A stretch of DNA of 64,000 bases, from assembly GCA_963674595.2 (NCBI GenBank), contig CAXXFV010000003.1:288001-352000 (forward strand), written 5' to 3'. The translations under genes and the position numbers were made by a program. Below, piece after piece: positions 51,979 to 62,886 of this stretch (its first letter is position 1; each line of letters starts with the position of its first letter). The notes beneath the pieces are model-generated. The model made no database searches. It was not told the DNA's origin and saw only the letters and a program-made list of their open reading frames with translations. The DNA is from a bacterium. Its GTDB lineage: Bacteria > Zhuqueibacterota > Zhuqueibacteria > Residuimicrobiales > Krinioviventaceae.

Positions 51979-52935
51979 GTGAAGTATTTAATTACAGGTG
52001 GAGCCGGCTTTATAGGCTCCAATCTTGCAGAAGCACTTTTACAAAAAGGTGAACAGGTTGTTGTTTTGGACAACTTTTCAACAGGAAATCGCCATAATTT
52101 ATCAAGTTTTAAGAAAAACACGCAACAGTTCAAACTTATTGAAGGCGACATTCGTGATCAGGAAACATGCCATGAAGCTTGTCAAGGTGTGGATTATGTG
52201 CTGCACCAGGGTGCTTTGGGTTCAATTCCGCGTTCTATTGCACACCCGGTGACAACGAATGCAAACAATGTTGACGGCACACTAAACATTCTGGTGGCTG
52301 CCAGAGACGCAAATGTAAAAAGACTCGTTTTTGCTTCGTCTTCTTCGGTTTATGGAAGTAATAAAACATTGCCGAAAGAAGAATCCATGATTGTTAAACC
52401 CATCTCCCCATATGCGGCTTCAAAATATATCGGAGAAATGTATTGCCGGATTTTTCAGGAACTTTATGGCTTGAAAACAATTGCATTAAGATATTTTAAT
52501 GTTTTCGGCCGCCGACAGGACCCGAATTCTGCCTATGCCGCTGTTATTCCTCTTTTTGTCAAAAGTTTATTGTCCGATTCAGCCCCGGTTATTTTTGGTG
52601 ATGGATTGCAAAGCCGTGATTTCAGCTATATTGACAACGTAATCCAGGCCAATTTACTGGCCTGTGAAGCGCCTGATGAAGCATGTGGACAGGTATATAA
52701 TATTGCCTGTGGAGAACGGACGACCGTTAACGATTTATATTATAAAATTTGCGAACTATTGGGGATAAAGATTGAACCTCGCTATGAGTCGAACAGAAAG
52801 GGAGATGTTAAGCACTCCCTGGCAGACATATCAAAAGCAAAATCATTGTTGAATTATAATCCTAAATATAACGTATTTGACGGATTAACCGAAGCGATGA
52901 ACTGGTATAAAGATCATATTAATGAGTGGTTATAG
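51979..52935 (+). CDS. NAD-dependent UDP-sugar 4-epimerase (WbpP/TviC-like SDR)
   Basis: TGGAGFIGS, HQGALGSIPRS, SSSSVYG, YAASK, LRYFNVFG..QDP. Confidence 0.9.
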   Translation: MKYLITGGAGFIGSNLAEALLQKGEQVVVLDNFSTGNRHNLSSFKKNTQQFKLIEGDIRDQETCHEACQGVDYVLHQGALGSIPRSIAHPVTTNANNVDGTLNILVAARDANVKRLVFASSSSVYGSNKTLPKEESMIVKPISPYAASKYIGEMYCRIFQELYGLKTIALRYFNVFGRRQDPNSAYAAVIPLFVKSLLSDSAPVIFGDGLQSRDFSYIDNVIQANLLACEAPDEACGQVYNIACGERTTVNDLYYKICELLGIKIEPRYESNRKGDVKHSLADISKAKSLLNYNPKYNVFDGLTEAMNWYKDHINEWL

Positions 52936-52944
52936 GGCCATATA

Positions 52945-55572
52945 ATGACAAACACGCTGCAATCCCAACAAATTATATCAATGATTATGGCGGCGGGGAA
53001 AGGGTCCCGCATGAAAACGCCGGGAACACACAAAGTTTGCCACAAAATTAATGGTAAAACCGTTATTCACAATACACTTGAAACACTGCAACAGTGCGGC
53101 ATCCAAACAAACGTCATTATCGTTGGCGATAATTCGGAACAGGTTATTCAGGCCGCTTCCGGGATAGACAATTGTGAAAACTATTACTGTCTTCAAAACG
53201 AACAAAGAGGGACCGGTCACGCGGCAAAAATAGGCGCACACTGGCTCGACATGATGGATTACCAGGGAGCCGTTCTCATTTTAGCCGGAGATAAAATCAT
53301 TGATCCGGACACGCTTTTAAATTTTGTTGACAATTTTAAACAGTCCGGTGCCGACCTGTCGTTTATGATCGGTCATGCAAAACATTATCCCAGTGCCGGA
53401 CGCGTTGTCATGAATGATCAAGGACAGGCTGCAGGAATTGTCGAAATTTTTGACCTTAAAAAAGCGTTGTTTGTTAAATATCTTGAAAAAGATTTATCAC
53501 AAAAAAATTTAGACCCAGAATCAATAATTACACGTGCCAGGAAAACATTTGGAAATGAAAAGAAAGCCCAAAAAGCGTTGGGCGCTTTATGGAATTTCCT
53601 CAAAAAAAACACCAAGGTAACAAAAACAGACCTTGGTAAACACCTTAAAAAAACGGCAACAATCTCTTTAGGGAAAACAGATTTTTCTGTAGAACATGTA
53701 AAAAATTCTGAATATACTAACCAATCTGTTTACCTGGTTAAAGCACAGGCCCTGCAGTATGCACTGGGCAAACTCTCGTCAGACAATGCCCAGAATGAAC
53801 TGTATCTGCCGGATATTATTCATATTTTAAATTCTGATAGTTATAAACTCAAAACGTTCCTGGTTGAAGAACCGGAAAAAATTATGGCCTTTAATACAAT
53901 TGAAGAGCTTGAACAAATAAGAGTTGTTTTATCAAAACAGGAAATTAAAATCATAGAACCGAAAAAAGACAGCAGAAAAGTTAGTGAATGGCTAAATATA
54001 ATCGAATCAAACAACAGTGATTTGAATTCGTTTTTTAATGAAACCTATGGCTATTGTCACGACCTTATTCCCGAAAAAAAGCAGCGTCTCAAACAAATGC
54101 TTGAGCATTACAAAAACAAATTTGGTGATGCACAGGTAGTAATTGCCAGAACACCGGGACGTGTAAATTTAATGGGACGGCATATTGAGCATCAGGGTGG
54201 ACATTGTAACATGATTGCAATTGACAGGGACTTGTTTCTTGTCGCCGGCACACGCAATGACCACATGATTCACATAGAAAATACAGACCGTCGTCATTTT
54301 AAAAACCGGATATTTTCCTATAGTGAGTTATTGGCTTCCCCAAAAATGAATCAACCCTGGATTGATATTGTTAACAGTCAGAGAATAAAAAACATTTTAT
54401 CAAAAAATCCAGGCGATTGGTCGCATTATGTCAAAGCAGCAGCAGCACGTTTTCAATATGAATATCAGGACCGGCTTTTAAAAGGAATGAACATTGTTGT
54501 ATCCGGGGACATTCCTATTGCTTCAGGGCTCAGTTCATCCTCAGCGCTTGTTGTTGCGACTTCAGAAGTCATTGCCTCTTTAAATTCCATCAAATTGTCA
54601 AAACAAAAATTTGTAGAATTATGCGGCGAAGGCGAATGGTTTGTCGGCACACGCGGAGGCGCCGGTGATCAGGCAGCCATGAAATTCAGTCAAAAAGGTT
54701 ATGTAACCAAAATAGCATTTTTTCCAATCAAAGTTGAAGATTCGGTTCGACTGGCTGATGATTATACGGTATTGATTTGCAATTCCCAAATAAAAGCGCA
54801 AAAAACAGCCGGGGCCAAAGACACTTTTAATCATCGGGTAGCCTGTTATCATTTGGCACGGGAATATATCAAATTAAAATTTCCACAACATTCCGAAAAA
54901 ATTATTCATTTAAGAGACATCAACACAGAAAATTTAAATATTAACAACCAGGAACTATTAAATCTTGTTAAATCCTGTCCGGAAAAATTGACAAGAAAAC
55001 AAATTATAAAATTATTTTCAGATGATATATGCAGCAAATATCTCAGTACTCATTCGGAAAACTATAACGAATATCCGTTACGTAATGTATTGATGTATGG
55101 TTTGTCGGAATGTCAGCGCAGTAAAAAAAGTGCCGAACTTATTCAGGAAAATAAAATAAAGGAATTTGGAAACCTGATAAACATTTCACACAACGGTGAC
55201 CGGATTGTATCTCATTCTGCCGATGGCACACAAAAGGCTTTTTTAGCGGATTATTCCGATAACCGTTTGGATGAACTGATCAATGTATCACAAACAAACG
55301 GCACATTCTGTTTATCAAACCATTCCGGTTCCTACAGTTGCAGCATTCCCAAAATCGATTATATGGTTGATCTGGCAAATTCTGTTGACGGTGTTTGCGG
55401 TGCCCAGATTCTTGGGGCCGGATTAGGCGGCTGTATCATGGTACTGGTGCAAAAAAATGCCAGTGAACAGTTACAATCAAAGCTAATTGAAAATTATTAT
55501 CAGCCAAACAACCTGGAACCGCAAATGCTAATATGCGTTCCGGTTGCCGGTAGTGGGACAATATCCATCTAA
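52945..55572 (+). CDS. Fusion of GlmU-like sugar-1-phosphate nucleotidyltransferase and GalK-like GHMP sugar kinase
   Basis: AAGKGSRMK, EQRGTGHA, NAQNELYLPD; PGRVNLMGRHIEHQGG, GLSSSSA, GDQ, GAGLGGC. Confidence 0.85.
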   Translation: MTNTLQSQQIISMIMAAGKGSRMKTPGTHKVCHKINGKTVIHNTLETLQQCGIQTNVIIVGDNSEQVIQAASGIDNCENYYCLQNEQRGTGHAAKIGAHWLDMMDYQGAVLILAGDKIIDPDTLLNFVDNFKQSGADLSFMIGHAKHYPSAGRVVMNDQGQAAGIVEIFDLKKALFVKYLEKDLSQKNLDPESIITRARKTFGNEKKAQKALGALWNFLKKNTKVTKTDLGKHLKKTATISLGKTDFSVEHVKNSEYTNQSVYLVKAQALQYALGKLSSDNAQNELYLPDIIHILNSDSYKLKTFLVEEPEKIMAFNTIEELEQIRVVLSKQEIKIIEPKKDSRKVSEWLNIIESNNSDLNSFFNETYGYCHDLIPEKKQRLKQMLEHYKNKFGDAQVVIARTPGRVNLMGRHIEHQGGHCNMIAIDRDLFLVAGTRNDHMIHIENTDRRHFKNRIFSYSELLASPKMNQPWIDIVNSQRIKNILSKNPGDWSHYVKAAAARFQYEYQDRLLKGMNIVVSGDIPIASGLSSSSALVVATSEVIASLNSIKLSKQKFVELCGEGEWFVGTRGGAGDQAAMKFSQKGYVTKIAFFPIKVEDSVRLADDYTVLICNSQIKAQKTAGAKDTFNHRVACYHLAREYIKLKFPQHSEKIIHLRDINTENLNINNQELLNLVKSCPEKLTRKQIIKLFSDDICSKYLSTHSENYNEYPLRNVLMYGLSECQRSKKSAELIQENKIKEFGNLINISHNGDRIVSHSADGTQKAFLADYSDNRLDELINVSQTNGTFCLSNHSGSYSCSIPKIDYMVDLANSVDGVCGAQILGAGLGGCIMVLVQKNASEQLQSKLIENYYQPNNLEPQMLICVPVAGSGTISI

Positions 55573-55599
55573 GTAAATATATTCTAAATAGAGTTCTGC

Positions 55600-57012
55600 T
55601 TGAACAGATTAGAGAAAAATAATTTTACAGATACTTTTTTAAACAGATTTTTACAATACAATTCTATATACCAGTTGTTTGAAAAAAGAGATACGATTCT
55701 GATTGGTGTATCGGGTGGGGCCGATTCTGTTGTTTTACTTGATATTTTTAACAGGATTTCAGAACAGTGGGAACTCAAAATCATCGCAGCCCATCTTAAT
55801 CACCAGTTACGGGGTCCGGATGCCGACAAGGATGCCGAGTTTGTTCAAGAACTTTTGAAAAACAAATCCATTCCTTTGGTCCTTGAAAAATACGATGTAA
55901 AAGCCTGGTGTCGTGAAAACAATGTCAGTGTGGAAACCGGTGCCAGGCAGGTCCGATATAATTTTTATAAAAAAACAGCAGAACAACACTGTTGCCGCAG
56001 GGTTGCCACCGGCCATCATTTGGATGATCAGGCAGAAACAATATTATACCGGCTAATGCGCGGTGCCGGAACGTTGGGTTTGTCCGGTATTCGGCAGAAA
56101 AGAGGGATTTACATCAGACCATTGTTGTTTGCCGACCGCCGGTCTATAATTAAATATGCCGACGAAAACAATATTAGCTTTCGTAATGACGCAACAAACC
56201 AGGATATTTCCTATCGCCGTAACCGGATACGACACAATTTAATACCGGAAATTCAAACCCACTTTAATCCCAACATCTCCCAAACTCTTTCAAATTTGGG
56301 AACCATTATGGCGGAAACCGAAGAATATCTCAACCATCAGGCAAATATAGCATTAAATGACTGTTCCAGGTTTCAGGATGAAAACAAAATTATCCTTGAT
56401 ATTAAAGAGTTTTTACTGTACTTTAGGGCTTTACAAAAACATATAATTCGGAACGCCATTAAAAAGGTAGGGACAAGGACCTATAATCCGGATTATATTA
56501 CATTAGGAAAAATCCTGCAATTGTGCCGCAAACAAAAAAGCGGACGCTCTTTACCCATTTATGATGATATTTCCATTAAAATCAGCCGAGATGAACTTGT
56601 CATTCAAAAAACTGAGAAACAAGTTAAAGAGATCGTCGTAGACGAAATACCTGCGAATATAGAATTGTGGGACAATCAAATTTTAGAAATAAATAGAAAC
56701 TTAAAATCGTTAGATCAGATAATAAAAGCAAGTACGTCGACAAAAATTTGGATTGACGAAGAACGGATATCGACACCATTAAAAATCAGAACAGCAAGAC
56801 ACGGAGATCGTTTTTATCCGCTCAACATGAAGGGATCAAAAAAATTATCCGATTTTTTTATCGACGAAAAAATACCAAATTACAAGCGAGATCGGATTCC
56901 TGTTCTGGAATGCGGGAATAAAATAGTCTGGATTTGTGGCTACAGGCTCGATGATCGTTTTAAAATAACTTTAAACACAACAAAAAGCCTGAAACTTGAA
57001 ATAAAAGGTTGA
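55600..57012 (+). CDS. tilS: tRNA(Ile)-lysidine synthetase
   Basis: SGGADS, HLNHQLR, GHHLDDQAET, IRPLL, RNRIR, KKLSDFFID. Confidence 0.96.
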   Translation: MNRLEKNNFTDTFLNRFLQYNSIYQLFEKRDTILIGVSGGADSVVLLDIFNRISEQWELKIIAAHLNHQLRGPDADKDAEFVQELLKNKSIPLVLEKYDVKAWCRENNVSVETGARQVRYNFYKKTAEQHCCRRVATGHHLDDQAETILYRLMRGAGTLGLSGIRQKRGIYIRPLLFADRRSIIKYADENNISFRNDATNQDISYRRNRIRHNLIPEIQTHFNPNISQTLSNLGTIMAETEEYLNHQANIALNDCSRFQDENKIILDIKEFLLYFRALQKHIIRNAIKKVGTRTYNPDYITLGKILQLCRKQKSGRSLPIYDDISIKISRDELVIQKTEKQVKEIVVDEIPANIELWDNQILEINRNLKSLDQIIKASTSTKIWIDEERISTPLKIRTARHGDRFYPLNMKGSKKLSDFFIDEKIPNYKRDRIPVLECGNKIVWICGYRLDDRFKITLNTTKSLKLEIKG

Positions 57013-57566
57013 TATTGCACAATAAATCAGAATTTGAAAAAGCCGTTTACGATAAAAAATTCAGAGTTTTAATAACGGCAGAACAAATTCAAACCCGAAT
57101 AAAGGAACTTGGAAAACAGATTACAAAAGACTATCGCGAAAAGAACCCCATAATGATTGGGATATTAAACGGCAGTTTTATTTTTTTTGCAGACCTTGTT
57201 CGGAATATTGAAACAGATATTGAAATTGATTTTATGAAAATATCCAGCTATGGAGACGAAAAAATTTCTTCAGGCCGGATCAACGAATTAAAAACAATTG
57301 ATGCCGACATTACAAACCGGCATGTTTTAATAGTAGAGGATATTGTCGATACAGGTTTATCCTTAAAATATATCGAAAAAAAGCTGACAGAACAAAACCC
57401 GGCATCCTGTAAATTTGTTTCGCTTCTTTATAAAAAAGAAGCTGTCAAAGTCGACGTGAATATAGATTATCTCGGTTTTGAAATTAAAAACGAGTTTGTT
57501 GTTGGGTATGGATTGGATCACAAACAAATTTTACGCAATCTTTCGGAAATCTATGTATTAGATTAA
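57009..57566 (+). CDS. hpt: Hypoxanthine phosphoribosyltransferase
   Basis: GILNGS, IVEDIVDTG, FVVGYGLD. Confidence 0.95.
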   Translation: MILHNKSEFEKAVYDKKFRVLITAEQIQTRIKELGKQITKDYREKNPIMIGILNGSFIFFADLVRNIETDIEIDFMKISSYGDEKISSGRINELKTIDADITNRHVLIVEDIVDTGLSLKYIEKKLTEQNPASCKFVSLLYKKEAVKVDVNIDYLGFEIKNEFVVGYGLDHKQILRNLSEIYVLD

Positions 57567-57604
57567 TAATAAATCAAGTATTTATATAAGGATTAAAGAA
57601 TATT

Positions 57605-59671
57605 TTGATGATGAAACAGAATAAAAAAGAAACGAAATATTTGAGAACGCCAAACTCAAAGAAACCGGACATGAAAAATAATCCCCGAAACAATGGCTCT
57701 TCAGGTCAACGACCGGATGGCCCGCAATGGAAAAAAGCATCCCGAACCTTAATTTTCTGGATCGGCCTTTTTACTGTTGCCTTGCTTATATCTCAACAAT
57801 TTTCAAGTAACCGTCAAAGAGACGATGTTGTGAAATTCGACAAATTCATGGAACTTTTGGAAAATGGCGATGTGAAAAGTATTGCCGTCCAAAATCTGCT
57901 TTTAAAAGGAGAATATACGCCGAGTTCTCAGCATGCAGGTCAGACCACATTCCGCGTGGTTTTACCAAACAGACTGGATTTTGAAACCCTTGAAAAATGG
58001 CGGACAAAATATAACCTGGAAATGAATTTTAAAGAAGACTCGCCGGGTTTATGGGATATTTTTGTGTCTATACTGCCCTGGTTGTTACTGGTTGGATTTT
58101 GGATATATTTATTACGCCGGATGCAAGGTGGCGGCGGTTCAAAAGGAATTTTTAATTTTGGCAAATCGCGTGCACGCATGTGGACGGAAAATATGCCCAA
58201 AGTAACATTTAATGATGTTGCCGGCGCAGTGGAAGCAAAGACAGAACTATATGAAATTATAGAATTTTTAAAAGAACCTGAAAAATTTCAACGTCTCGGC
58301 GGTAAAATACCAAAAGGCGCGTTGCTGTTAGGACCTCCGGGAACAGGAAAAACCCTGTTGGCCAAAGCTGTTGCCGGTGAAGCTGGCGTACCCTTTTTCA
58401 GCATGTCGGGCGCCGATTTTGTGGAAATGTTTGTAGGTGTTGGTGCATCACGGGTCCGTGACCTGTTTGAGCAGGGCAAAAAAAATGCACCGTGTATTAT
58501 TTTCATCGATGAATTGGATGCTGTCGGACGACATCGCGGCGCCGGATTAGGCGGCGGGCATGACGAACGCGAGCAGACGCTAAATCAGCTTTTGGTTGAA
58601 ATGGATGGTTTTGAATTTAATGAGGGTGTTATCCTTATTGCAGCAACCAACAGACCGGATGTACTGGATTCTGCATTGCTGCGCCCCGGACGATTTGACC
58701 GGCAGATTGTCGTCGATATTCCGGATGTACGCGGACGCGAAGGCATTCTCAAGGTCCATACCCGCAAAATACCTATGGCAAAATCCGTTAATCTGTCAAT
58801 ATTAGCCAAAGGGACTCCCGGATTTTCAGGTGCAGACCTGGCCAACCTGGTCAACGAAGCTGCTCTATTAGCGGCCAGAAAAAACAAACAGCGTGTTGAA
58901 TTAAGCGATCTTGAAGAAGCTAAAGATAAAGTTATGATGGGTACTGAACGAAAAAGTATGCTCATCAGCGAAGAAGAGAAAAAAACCACAGCTTACCACG
59001 AAGCCGGGCACGTATTGACAGGGAAATTAACACCAGGCGCTGATCCGGTCCATAAAGTAACAATTATTCCGCGTGGACGCGCTTTGGGTGTGACAACGAT
59101 CCTGCCTATCGATGAAAAACACACCTATTCCAAAAATTATTGTTTGGCCCATTTACGTCGCCTGTTAGGCGGCCGGGCTGCGGAAAAAATAGTTTTCCAA
59201 GACATTACAAACGGCGCTTATGATGATATTAAACGCGCTACAGACCTGGCACGCAAAATGGTCTGTGAATGGGGTATGAGCGAAATTCTTGGACCTATGA
59301 CCTTTGGAGAAAAACAGGAAGAAATCTTTTTAGGAAGAGAAATTGCTCAACATCGTGATTATAGTGAAAAAACGGCCCAACTCATTGACAAAGAAATCAA
59401 AAAAATCGTTGAAGATGCTGCTTCATCTGCTGAACAGCTCTTAAGCGAAAACATTGACTTGCTCCACGCAGTTTCAGAAGCACTCCTTGAGCGAGAAATT
59501 CTGGATGGAGAGGAAATCGAAAAAATTATAAAAGGTGAAAAACTACCTCCGTTTAACGGACATAAAAAATCACCAAAACGTAAAAGTCGCAGATATACAA
59601 AGAAAAAACCAACTAAAAAAGATGAAAAACAGGGAAATTCAAAAGAAAACAGGAACCCAAAAACTGAATAA
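57605..59671 (+). CDS. ftsH: ATP-dependent zinc metalloprotease FtsH
   Basis: Two TM segments, [27 protein letters not shown]. Confidence 0.98.
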   Translation: MMMKQNKKETKYLRTPNSKKPDMKNNPRNNGSSGQRPDGPQWKKASRTLIFWIGLFTVALLISQQFSSNRQRDDVVKFDKFMELLENGDVKSIAVQNLLLKGEYTPSSQHAGQTTFRVVLPNRLDFETLEKWRTKYNLEMNFKEDSPGLWDIFVSILPWLLLVGFWIYLLRRMQGGGGSKGIFNFGKSRARMWTENMPKVTFNDVAGAVEAKTELYEIIEFLKEPEKFQRLGGKIPKGALLLGPPGTGKTLLAKAVAGEAGVPFFSMSGADFVEMFVGVGASRVRDLFEQGKKNAPCIIFIDELDAVGRHRGAGLGGGHDEREQTLNQLLVEMDGFEFNEGVILIAATNRPDVLDSALLRPGRFDRQIVVDIPDVRGREGILKVHTRKIPMAKSVNLSILAKGTPGFSGADLANLVNEAALLAARKNKQRVELSDLEEAKDKVMMGTERKSMLISEEEKKTTAYHEAGHVLTGKLTPGADPVHKVTIIPRGRALGVTTILPIDEKHTYSKNYCLAHLRRLLGGRAAEKIVFQDITNGAYDDIKRATDLARKMVCEWGMSEILGPMTFGEKQEEIFLGREIAQHRDYSEKTAQLIDKEIKKIVEDAASSAEQLLSENIDLLHAVSEALLEREILDGEEIEKIIKGEKLPPFNGHKKSPKRKSRRYTKKKPTKKDEKQGNSKENRNPKTE

Positions 59672-59689
59672 ATATGGAGTTTAATTAAT

Positions 59690-61237
59690 GTGATCTCATC
59701 AGGAATATCGTTAACCATAACTTTAATAGTTGCCTTTTTTCTTTTTCTGGTTTTTCTTTTTACATATTTAAAACTGACATCAGAATTTTTTCAAAGAGCA
59801 AGATTCAAGCGAGTATTACTCGCCTTGCTTGCTCTTTTTTTATTCTCCTTATTGATCGTGTATCTTTTTATTCCCCCAAAACTGATTAAAGCCAGAATTG
59901 TCATCTTTCCCTTTAACGAACAAGACGCTGCAACCGAACTTTCACTAGAGGGTTTGGCACTTGCCGATTATATTGCCACAAATATTAAGGTAAATTTTAC
60001 ACTGGATACACTCGTTTATCCGGTTGAATGGCTTTTGGAGGCAATTGACAAAGATTCCCTTTCCTCGTCAAACTATTTATCTTCTTTTGCCAAAAAGATA
60101 AATGCGGATATTATGATTTATGGAACGCTGGAGCGGGCTGTAAATAATGAGCAGGTTTTGAACTGTAATATTTATAATTTTAAAAATAAAGAAAGACAAC
60201 AAAACTCGACAACCGTCTTATCCAAATCTTTAAAATATAACGACGAGATGCTCGTTAATATCCTGAATTCATTTGGCAAAACAACAAATTTAAAAAAATC
60301 AAATATAGAAATTTCACCGAAAAATCAAATTCTTTATGCAAAAGCAATCGATACATTTTATAAAAAAGATTATAAAAACACGATTGACATTGCAGAAAAT
60401 ATCATAGAACAGGATTCTTCAAACGTACGGTGGCGCAATCTCCTGGCACGGGCGCAAATGGAATACGGCATACAGCTTGATAATGACGGCAAACCCGGAG
60501 GCATCAACCAAATTGCAGCACTTAAAATATGCGAACAAACACTGATAAAATATGATTCGTTAAATGCAGCCGCCCATGGTATTATTGGGAAATTTTATAT
60601 TCTGGAAAAAATGTGGGGGAAAGCAGAAGAACATCTTGTAAAATCTCTGAGTTATAATCCATTTAATGCCCAGGTATTTGTTGATTTTGCTTCGCTACAC
60701 CCTTCCCGAATCAAAAAACTTGGTTATCGCAATGAAGAAGAACTTTTAAGAAAAGCTATTTTTATTAATCCCTGTTCTGAAAAGGCCCGAATAATTTTAA
60801 CGGATTATCTGTTTTTCAACAAATATCCCTCAATGGCAGACGATGAAATTGCCAACCTACTGGAAATAAATCCACGTTCCATAGAAGGACTTTTATATTT
60901 GGGAAAAATGTCAGTTGCGGCCCGGGACAGCCAAAGAACCCTGGATACATTTAACAGACTTTTATCTATTGATCCAAACAACACAATAGCCTATTATAAT
61001 TTGGGTGTTTTTTATTTCAACAACGGCAATATGGAAGAGGCAAAAGAAAATTTTCTGAATGCGGTGCAAAAAGGAAATGATATTGATTCCCACCTGTATC
61101 TTGGCTATATCTATGAAAGCCGGGGCGAAAAAGACAAAGCAATTGAGGAATATCGAATCCGGATACGACATAAAAAAGGATTTGATGATGAATATGCCAA
61201 GGAAGCAATGGACCGACTATACAAGCTTACACATTAA
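59690..61237 (+). CDS. Membrane-anchored tetratricopeptide-repeat protein
   Basis: Two N-terminal TM segments; TPR motifs such as AYYNLG...A...F..AV. Confidence 0.8.
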   Translation: MISSGISLTITLIVAFFLFLVFLFTYLKLTSEFFQRARFKRVLLALLALFLFSLLIVYLFIPPKLIKARIVIFPFNEQDAATELSLEGLALADYIATNIKVNFTLDTLVYPVEWLLEAIDKDSLSSSNYLSSFAKKINADIMIYGTLERAVNNEQVLNCNIYNFKNKERQQNSTTVLSKSLKYNDEMLVNILNSFGKTTNLKKSNIEISPKNQILYAKAIDTFYKKDYKNTIDIAENIIEQDSSNVRWRNLLARAQMEYGIQLDNDGKPGGINQIAALKICEQTLIKYDSLNAAAHGIIGKFYILEKMWGKAEEHLVKSLSYNPFNAQVFVDFASLHPSRIKKLGYRNEEELLRKAIFINPCSEKARIILTDYLFFNKYPSMADDEIANLLEINPRSIEGLLYLGKMSVAARDSQRTLDTFNRLLSIDPNNTIAYYNLGVFYFNNGNMEEAKENFLNAVQKGNDIDSHLYLGYIYESRGEKDKAIEEYRIRIRHKKGFDDEYAKEAMDRLYKLTH

Positions 61238-61251
61238 CAATATAAAAAAAT

Positions 61252-62094
61252 ATGAATTTCAATTGGCAGTGTAAAGACAGGCAATTAGAACTGGGGCAAC
61301 GGACTTTGATCATGGGGATCCTGAACGTAACACCGGATTCCTTTTCTGATGGCGGGAAATTTAACAACTCTAATGCAGCATTTGATTATGCCATGAATAT
61401 GATTAAAGAGGGCGCCGATATTATTGATGTCGGCGGCGAATCCACACGTCCTGGTTCAGACTCTGTTTCTGAGGACGAGGAATTAAACCGTGTTATTCCG
61501 GTCATTAATAAGATTGCACAACATAGCAGCATCCCCATATCTATAGACACATGTAAAAGCAGTGTCGCACAACAGGCATTGGAATCAGGCGCAGTTATTG
61601 TCAATGACATCAGCGGACTTGCATTTGATGAAAAAATGGCGCATATTGTCAGCCGCACCAAAGCAGGCGTTATTATAATGCATATCAAAGGCACCCCTAA
61701 AACAATGCAGAATGATCCGCATTATAATAATGTAGTAAGAGAAATTCAAAATGTTTTGGAAAATCGAATCACTTTTGCGTTAAATAATGGCATTGATAAA
61801 ACGCAAATAGTGTTGGACCCCGGCATCGGATTTGGAAAAACTGTTGAAGATAATTTTGTTATTTTACGTGAGCTCAAAAAATTACAAACTCTCTCCTGCC
61901 CCATACTTATCGGACCTTCCCGAAAATCATTTATCGGCAATACGCTGAATTTGCCTGTAAATGAAAGAATAGAAGGTACTGCCGCTGCCGTAACAGCGGG
62001 CATATTAAATGGTGCACATATTATACGAGTGCATGACGTAAAAGAAATGAAAAGAGTTGCTGTTATAACTGACGCAATTGCAGGAAAAAATTAA
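61252..62094 (+). CDS. folP: Dihydropteroate synthase
   Basis: MGILNVTPDSFSDGG, GGESTRPG, DPGIGFGK, SRKS, RVHDV. Confidence 0.97.
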   Translation: MNFNWQCKDRQLELGQRTLIMGILNVTPDSFSDGGKFNNSNAAFDYAMNMIKEGADIIDVGGESTRPGSDSVSEDEELNRVIPVINKIAQHSSIPISIDTCKSSVAQQALESGAVIVNDISGLAFDEKMAHIVSRTKAGVIIMHIKGTPKTMQNDPHYNNVVREIQNVLENRITFALNNGIDKTQIVLDPGIGFGKTVEDNFVILRELKKLQTLSCPILIGPSRKSFIGNTLNLPVNERIEGTAAAVTAGILNGAHIIRVHDVKEMKRVAVITDAIAGKN

Positions 62095-62100
62095 ACCTCT

Positions 62101-62886
62101 ATGAACTTTACTATATTTAAAATCGGTTTTTTACCCGTCACGATCATCGATGTGCTTGATATAGCGGTCATGTCCTATCTTATTTACCGTGTATATAAAT
62201 TCCTGCGTGGAACACGCGGCGCACAAATGATGGTTGGGCTTATTATTATTTTACTTTTTTCATCAATTGCCCCGGTTTTTCAGATGAAAGGCATGTCCTG
62301 GATTTTTGAAAACCTGAGAACGGTTTTTCTTATTGCATTTGTTATCTTGTTCCAACCCGAATTACGACGAATTTTAATATACATCGGACAAAGCCGATTT
62401 ATTCGATTTTTCGTAAAAATGTCTGAAAGTAAGGTTATTACCGAAGTTGTCAAAGCCACACTTGAACTGCGCGACCGTGGTTATGGTGCACTTATTGTTA
62501 TGGCCAGGGAAACCGGATTAAAAAATGTGGCAGAAACCGGTGTAAAAATACAGGCGGAAATATCCAATCCGTTAATTTTGTCAATCTTTAATCCACGTTC
62601 TCCCTTGCACGATGGCGCCGTTATTGTTCAAAACGATCTTATCGAAGCGGCCAAGTGCATCCTCCCTATTTCAGAAGATATTGATGCTGAACATGATTTT
62701 GGCACCCGTCACAAGGCGGCTTTGACATTGTCAGCAGAAACAGATGCGATGATAATTGTTGTTTCTGAAGAAAGAGGAACAATTTCTCTTGCCATTAACG
62801 GGGAACTCTTGTTTGATCTGGCTGAAAATGAATTAAAAAAGATAATCACCGAAGGTTACAGATACGGTGACACATCTCTAAAATGA
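62101..62886 (+). CDS. cdaA: Diadenylate cyclase CdaA (DacA)
   Basis: Three TM segments, FQPELRR, SPLHDGA, GTRHKAA, VSEE. Confidence 0.93.
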   Translation: MNFTIFKIGFLPVTIIDVLDIAVMSYLIYRVYKFLRGTRGAQMMVGLIIILLFSSIAPVFQMKGMSWIFENLRTVFLIAFVILFQPELRRILIYIGQSRFIRFFVKMSESKVITEVVKATLELRDRGYGALIVMARETGLKNVAETGVKIQAEISNPLILSIFNPRSPLHDGAVIVQNDLIEAAKCILPISEDIDAEHDFGTRHKAALTLSAETDAMIIVVSEERGTISLAINGELLFDLAENELKKIITEGYRYGDTSLK

